Below, piece after piece: positions 48,612-53,763 of a stretch of 53,763 nt of DNA. How positions within the stretch are numbered: the first letter of the stretch is position 1; every line of letters starts with the position of its first letter. This DNA is from Bacillota bacterium (GTDB taxonomy: Bacteria > Chloroflexota > Dormibacteria > Dormibacterales > Dormibacteraceae), in contig JAJPKS010000326.1 in NCBI GenBank assembly GCA_021323605.1, positions 1 to 53,763 on the forward strand, written 5' to 3'. The notes under the pieces are model-generated. The model did not search any database. It was not told where the DNA came from and saw only the letters and a list, made by a program, of their open reading frames with translations. A program made the position numbers and the translations under genes.

Positions 48612-48887
48612 TCAGGACGCGGCCGTCCCGGGGGCGGGGTCGTGGCCGGGCTCGGGGGTCGTGTCCGGGGCCGAGGACGCGTTCCGGTCGTCGGCGCTCG
48701 GCCCCCGACGCTTCAGGAAGCGGGCCTCGTCCTCGTACACGATGGCCAGAGCCCGGTCCCGGACCGCGGCCGGCTTGCCGTGGGGAAGCTCCTCCTCGAA
48801 CGCGGCCAGGTCCTCCAGCAGCCGGGCCTCCTCGGCCTCGTGCTCGGCGTCCGCGGTCGGTCGGGCCGGCTCTCGCTCCTCGTTCAT
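48612..48887 (-). CDS. Hypothetical acidic protein
   Basis: GGAGG immediately before ATG 48887; helical acidic core. Confidence 0.5.
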   Translation of the reverse strand: MNEEREPARPTADAEHEAEEARLLEDLAAFEEELPHGKPAAVRDRALAIVYEDEARFLKRRGPSADDRNASSAPDTTPEPGHDPAPGTAAS

Positions 48888-49263
48888 GCCCTCCAGCCTG
48901 GAGGGGGAGCGGCCCGGGCGCCATGGGCGAACGACCCTTCGGCTCCGGGACCCGGCCGCGGGGGACGGTCGGGGGCCGGACCGGCCGGGCCGGTGAGCCC
49001 GTTTCCGGGCGGTCCTTCGACCCTGGCCCGGGGCGGGAGCAGGGGCGACCATGAACGGTGATCAGCCCGGAGTTCCAGCGTCGGTCCCAATTCCGGCCAA
49101 GGGCCCGGAGGGTGTGCCCGGCTGAGGAGAGACAGGCCAGGGATGGCACCCGGGTGCCTCCCGCCGGAGTGGCGTTCCGAGGCCGGGGTGGCCCTCTTCC
49201 AACCCGGGTCGGGCTCGAACCCCCTGGAACTTCGGGGCAGCCGCCCGCGGAGGAGGTGCGAGC

Positions 49264-50415
49264 ATGAGACCCTGGAGGCTGGCCATCGCGCCGCTGGTCC
49301 TGCTGCTGGCGGCGCCGCCCGTCTCGGCCCTGGCCGCCGACGTCCGGGGCGGGAACGAGGTCGCGGTGGCGCCCGGTCAGACCGTCACCGACGATCTCTA
49401 CGTCTGGGGCGGCACGGCCCGGGTGGCGGGAACGGTGAACGGCAACCTGATCGTGATGGGGGGCACGGTGGAGGTCCCCGGCACGGTCACCCGGGACCTC
49501 ATGGTCGCCGGGGGGACGGTGACCGTGCCCGGCCGGGTGGGGGGGAGCGTTCGCGCGGCCGGGGGCACACTGACCGTGATCGGTGAGGTGGGCGAGGATC
49601 TCCTGGCCACGGCCGGCACCCTCGATCTCCGGCCGCAGGCGCGGGTCGGCCGCGACCTGCTCTTCGGCGGGGGCACGGCCACGCTGGCCGGCCAGGTGGG
49701 GCGGCGCCTCCAGGCCTCGGCCGATCGGCTCGATCTGAACGGGGCCGTCGCCGGCGACGTCCAGGCCGACGTCGCCACCCTGAACCTCGGCCCCGGGGCC
49801 AGGGTGGGCGGTGACCTTCGCTACACCAGCCAGAAGCCGGCCTCGATCGCGCCTGGAGCCCAGGTGAGCGGCCGGATCCAGCACACCACCCCCGCCCGGG
49901 CCGAGGCCACCTCGCCGGCGGCCGGCTTTCTGAGCGGGCTGATCGGCTGGCTGCGGGCCCTGGTCGGGCTCTTCCTGCTCGGCCTGGTCCTGGTCCTGGC
50001 CTTCCCACGCCTCACCCAGCACGCGGTCCGGGCCATTCGCACCTCGCCCTGGGTCGACCTGGGGCTGGGGCTGGCGCTGCTGATCGGGGTACCCATCGCC
50101 GCCGTGGCGGCCTTCGCCGCCGGTCTCCTGGTGGGAGGCTGGTGGCTGGCGTTGATGGCCCTGGCCATCTACGCCATGGTGCTGGCAGTGGGGTACGTGG
50201 TCGCCGGCCTCTTCCTGGGGCAAGAGGGTTTCCGGCTGCTGGCGCGGCGCCCCGTCCACCCCCTGGTGGCCCTGATCGTCGGCCTGGCGGTCCTCACCCT
50301 GGCCGGCCTCATCCCCTACGCCGGCCCGGTCATCGCCCTGGCGGCGGTGGTCTTCGGCGTGGGTGCCCTGGTGGTGGGGCTGTGGCACGGCCGTCCCGCG
50401 GCCCGGCCGGCCTGA
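49264..50415 (+). CDS. Polymer-forming/bactofilin-like beta-helix protein with C-terminal TM domain
   Basis: Signal peptide, repeats of G-x-V-x-G-D/N-L-x-x-x-G-G-T, then about five TM helices. SD GGAGGAGG. Confidence 0.82.
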   Translation: MRPWRLAIAPLVLLLAAPPVSALAADVRGGNEVAVAPGQTVTDDLYVWGGTARVAGTVNGNLIVMGGTVEVPGTVTRDLMVAGGTVTVPGRVGGSVRAAGGTLTVIGEVGEDLLATAGTLDLRPQARVGRDLLFGGGTATLAGQVGRRLQASADRLDLNGAVAGDVQADVATLNLGPGARVGGDLRYTSQKPASIAPGAQVSGRIQHTTPARAEATSPAAGFLSGLIGWLRALVGLFLLGLVLVLAFPRLTQHAVRAIRTSPWVDLGLGLALLIGVPIAAVAAFAAGLLVGGWWLALMALAIYAMVLAVGYVVAGLFLGQEGFRLLARRPVHPLVALIVGLAVLTLAGLIPYAGPVIALAAVVFGVGALVVGLWHGRPAARPA

Positions 50416-50540
50416 TCCGAGGCCGTGGCCGGTCGTCCCCGGACTGGGCCCGGTGGCGAGCGAAGGGTGCGCATGGTCCCGGCCGGGGACGGTCGTCCCG
50501 GGCCGGGACCGCTTGGGGATGGGACGGCGACTTCGCACCC

Positions 50541-50720
50541 ACTGGTTGCCGGCCTCTCCATGCTCCCCGCCGGCCTGGGCGTCTACGAGGGCACCCTGAC
50601 CGGCCTCCTGGTGCTCCAGGGCGTGGACCCGGCGAGCGCGGCGGCAGCCCTGCTCTACCGGGGCTTCGACGACCTCGTGCTGGGGATGGTGGGGCTGCCG
50701 GTGGTGGTGGTCCTGGACCG
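50541..50720 (+). pseudogene. C-terminal remnant of a lysylphosphatidylglycerol-synthase TM/YbhN-like flippase
   Basis: LSMLPAGLGVYEGTL..AAALLYRG resembles the family P-G-G-L-G-x-x-E..R motif; the N-terminal part is missing. Confidence 0.6.
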
Positions 50721-50816
50721 GCCCGGCCGGATTCGTCGCCGCCCGGTGCCGGTTGCGAGACGGCATGGGGCGTCCGGCCGGTGGGACGGGGTGGTCGTCG
50801 CGGCTGAGCCGTGGTC

Positions 50817-53050
50817 ATGAGACGTCCCCGACCCCACCTCCGCCCCGGCCGCTCCAGCCGGTCCTGGGCGGACATCCTGCGCGCCAACCTGCTCACCCGC
50901 TTCAACGCCCTGCTGGGCGGTCTGCTGGTGGTGGTGCTCGTGATCGGGCCGCTCCAGGACGCCTTCTTCGGGCTGGTGCTGATCGCCAACGTGGCCATCG
51001 GGCTGATCCAGGAGGCGAGGGCCAAGATCGTGCTCGACCGGCTCTCGATCCTGACCGCGCCCGTGGCCCGGGTGATCAGGACGGGGCGAACGACGGAGGT
51101 GCCGGCGGAGGCGGTCGAGGTCGGCGACCTGGTGCGGGTGGGGCGGGGCGACCAGGTGGTGGTGGACGGGGTGCTGGTGGAGGGGGAGGGGCTGGAGGTC
51201 GACGAGTCGGCCCTGACCGGCGAGTCCCAGGGGGTGCTGAAGGGGCCTGGCGACCCCCTGCGTTCGGGCAGCTTCGTGCTGGCCGGGAACGGCACCTATC
51301 GGGCCATGGTGGTCGGGGAGGAAACCTTCGCCGGCCGCCTCACCGCCGCGGCCCGACGGTACCGGCCGGCCAGCTCCGAGCTCCGCTCCGGCATCGACCG
51401 CATCCTGCTCCTCATCAGCTTCGGCGTCCCGCCCCTGGGGGCGCTGCTGATCGCAACCCAGCTCCGGGCCCATCCCTCGCTGCCGGACGCGCTCCGCGCC
51501 TCGGTGGCCGGGCTGGTGACGCTGGTGCCCGAGGGCCTGGTGCTGCTGACCAGCCTCGCCCTCGCGGTCGGGATCGTGCGCCTGGGCCGGCGCCAGGTCC
51601 TGGTTCAGGACCTGGCCGCGGTGGAAACGCTGGCCCGGGTGGACGTGATCTGCCTGGACAAGACCGGCACCCTGACCGACGGATGGATGGTCTTCGGCGG
51701 GCTCGAGCCGCTGGCCGACGAGCCCCGGGCCGAGGCCGCGCTCGGCGCCCTGGCCGCGGCCGACCCGGAGCCCAACCCCACCCTCCGGGCCGTCGCCCGG
51801 GCCATCCCTTCGCCGGGCTGGCCGGTCCGGGCCGTGGTTCCCTTCGCCTCGGCCCGACGCTGGAGCGGCGCCGACTTCGGGGAACACGGGGCCTGGCTGC
51901 TGGGCGCCCCCGAGGTCCTGGGCGTCTCCCGGGGTCGGGACGGGGCGGTGGCCGCCGAGCGGCTGGCGGAGCGGGGAGACCGGGTGCTGGTCCTGGCCCG
52001 GGCCCCGGCCCTGCCCGGGCCGGACGGGCCGCCGGCCGGGGCGGAACCGGTGGCGCTGGTGGCGGTGCGGGAGCGACTTCGGGACGATGCCCGGGCGATC
52101 CTGGGCCGCTTCGCGGCCGAGGGCGTGGATCTGCGCCTGCTCTCCGGTGACGGCGAGGTCACCGTCGCCGCCGTGGCCCGGGCGGTGGGTCTCGATCCCG
52201 ACCGCGCCCGGGGGCGCGTCGACCCCGAGGCCAAGCGGCGTGAGATCGAACGGCTGCGCGCTCGGGGCCACGTGGTGGCGATGATCGGCGACGGGGTCAA
52301 CGACATCCCCGCCCTGCGCGCGGCCGACCTCGGGGTCACCCTCGGCTCGGCCAGCCCGGCCGCCCGGGCCGTCGCCCAGGTGGTCCTCCTGGACTCGCGC
52401 TTCGCCGGCCTGCCGGCGGTGCTGGCGGAGGGGCGGCGGGTGGTGGCCAACGTGGAGCGGCTGGCGGTGTTGTTCACCATCAAGACCGTCTACGCCGCCG
52501 CCCTGATCGTGGCCACCGGCCTGGCCGTCCTGCCCTTCCCCTTCCTGCCCCGCCAGCGACCCTGGTCGGGGCTTTCACCATCGGTATCCCGGCCTTCTTC
52601 CTGGCCCTCGCCCCCAACGCCCGGCGCAGCCGCCGCGGCTTCCTGCGTCGGACGGCGCTGGTCTCGGTCCCGGCCGGCCTCGCCGCCGCCGCCGGTACGT
52701 TCGGCGTCTACTGGCTGGCCCTGGACCTGCCCGGCGGGAACGTGCCCGAGGCCCGCACCGCCGCCACCTACGTGCTCTCCACGGTCGGGCTGTGGGTGCT
52801 GCTGGTGGTGGCCCGTCCCCTGACCCCGGCCCGGGTCCTGCTGGTCGTGGTCATGGTCGCCTGCCTGGCCGCCACCCTGATCCTGCCCCTCTCCCGGCGC
52901 ACCTTCGCCCTGGAGCTGCCCTCGGGGACGGTGTGGGCGGTGGGCCTGGGGGTGGTGGCCCTGACCGGACTCGGCATCGAGCTGGCGGCCCGTCTCCTGC
53001 GTCGGCCCCTGGGCGGCGACCTGGACCCGGGCCGGAACTCCCCCGGATAG
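50817..53050 (+). pseudogene. P-type cation-transporting ATPase (CtpE-like) with a 1-nt deletion frameshift at 52557/52558
   Basis: VDESALTGES, VPEGL, DKTGTLT, GDGVND. Inserting one T (CAG C[T]G ACC) restores PRQLTLVGAFTIGIPAFFLAL, open to TAG 53050. Confidence 0.85.
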
Positions 53051-53115
53051 GTCGGGCTCGGATAGGATGCGAGCGGATCGTGGGAGGCGACGGTCGCGGC
53101 GGCAATCGAGGTCCC

Positions 53116-53514
53116 GTGAGCCCGGGCGGGGAGGCGGCCGGGCGGGTGCGGCTGGACCGCTGGCTCTGGGCGGCCCGCCTCTTCAAGACCCGCGCCCTGG
53201 CCGGGGAGGCGGTCGATGGCGGGCTGGTGCACCTGAACGGAGAGCGGGTGAAGGCCGCCCACGCCGTGCGGCCGGGGGACCGGCTGGAGGTCCGGCGGGG
53301 TGGGGAGCGACTGGAGCTGGTGGTGAGAGCGCTGGCCGAGCAGCGGGGGCCGGCCTCGGTGGCACAGCAGCTCTACGAGGAGACCGCCGCCAGCCGGGCC
53401 CGGCGCGAGGCGGAGGCGGAACGGCGCCGGCTGGCGGCGGCGGCGCCGCGTCCCCCCGGCCGGCCGGACAAGCGTTCCCGCCGCCGCATCATCCGGTTCT
53501 CGCGGGGCGGCTGA
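53116..53514 (+). CDS. hslR: Ribosome-associated heat shock protein Hsp15 (S4 domain)
   Basis: RLDRWLWAARLFKTR, RGPASVAQQLYEET, GRPDKRSRR. Confidence 0.9.
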   Translation: MSPGGEAAGRVRLDRWLWAARLFKTRALAGEAVDGGLVHLNGERVKAAHAVRPGDRLEVRRGGERLELVVRALAEQRGPASVAQQLYEETAASRARREAEAERRRLAAAAPRPPGRPDKRSRRRIIRFSRGG

Positions 53515-53596
53515 GGAGCCCCGGACGTTCGGATCGCGGCCGTGAGGCGATCTCCGGTCACCGGCCTGCCCGCCGTGGCCTCCTGACTCCGGCCGC

Positions 53597-53763
53597 TCAC
53601 GGCCGCGCCGACCTCCCTTCCTCACCCGCCGGCCGGGGCCGGCTCGCCCCGGTGGGGCCGGGCACCAGCAGCAGGGGGCGCCGGCAGGTGTGGGAGAGCT
53701 CGTGGCTGACGCTGCCCAGGAGCAGCTCGGCGATCCGGCCCCGGCCCCGCCGGCCCACCACCA
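53597..53763 (-). CDS. Universal stress protein, C-terminal part (5' end off the window)
   Basis: Manual translation VVGRRGRGRIAELLLGSVSHELSHTCRRPLLLVP. Confidence 0.85.
   Translation of the reverse strand, partial: VVGRRGRGRIAELLLGSVSHELSHTCRRPLLLVPGPTGASRPRPAGEEGRSARP

Noticed and set aside
53373-53600. 75-aa minus-strand ORF coupled to the USP stop
   Set aside because: It is largely antisense to the well-conserved hslR and has no motif.

Overview
Very GC-rich bacterial DNA. Gene content and apparent leaderless starts suggest a monoderm soil lineage such as Actinomycetota or Chloroflexota/Dormibacteria (inference only). I saw no rRNA, tRNA, CRISPR array, integrase or transposase. Main blocks: (1) 1-8746: a phosphoketolase gene divergent from a LacI / sugar ABC / xylose-isomerase-like / xylulokinase operon, with a LacI-type operator. 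(2) 8870-24666: a compositionally different, kinase-free polyol/sugar catabolic block. It has a GAF-PucR/CdaR regulator, a His-rich LVIVD protein with an in-frame TAG, two MDR dehydrogenases, an SDR, a TIM-barrel isomerase/epimerase and two ABC importers. Its three promoters share paired TGG-N8-CCA palindromes 32 bp apart, abutting the -35. (3) 24707-36586: membrane and stress genes, including an MFS fused to a cytidylate-kinase-like domain, Hsp20 and HtrA flanking an MprA-like box, an orphan histidine kinase and a LaeA-like methyltransferase. (4) 36951-44504: a putative metallocofactor assembly/repair cluster. It contains a stand-alone ctaD, Mrp/ApbC, XdhC, an uncalled 56-aa CPCC protein, a SufR-like regulator, ChdC/HemQ, a Cys-less OsmC-DUF2249 fusion and DUF59, with shared AT-rich operator-like sites. 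(5) 44802-53763: CoA-transferase, ABC exporter, bactofilin-like membrane protein, frameshifted P-type ATPase, Hsp15 and a partial USP. All family assignments come from motif recognition by eye; no database searches were run.
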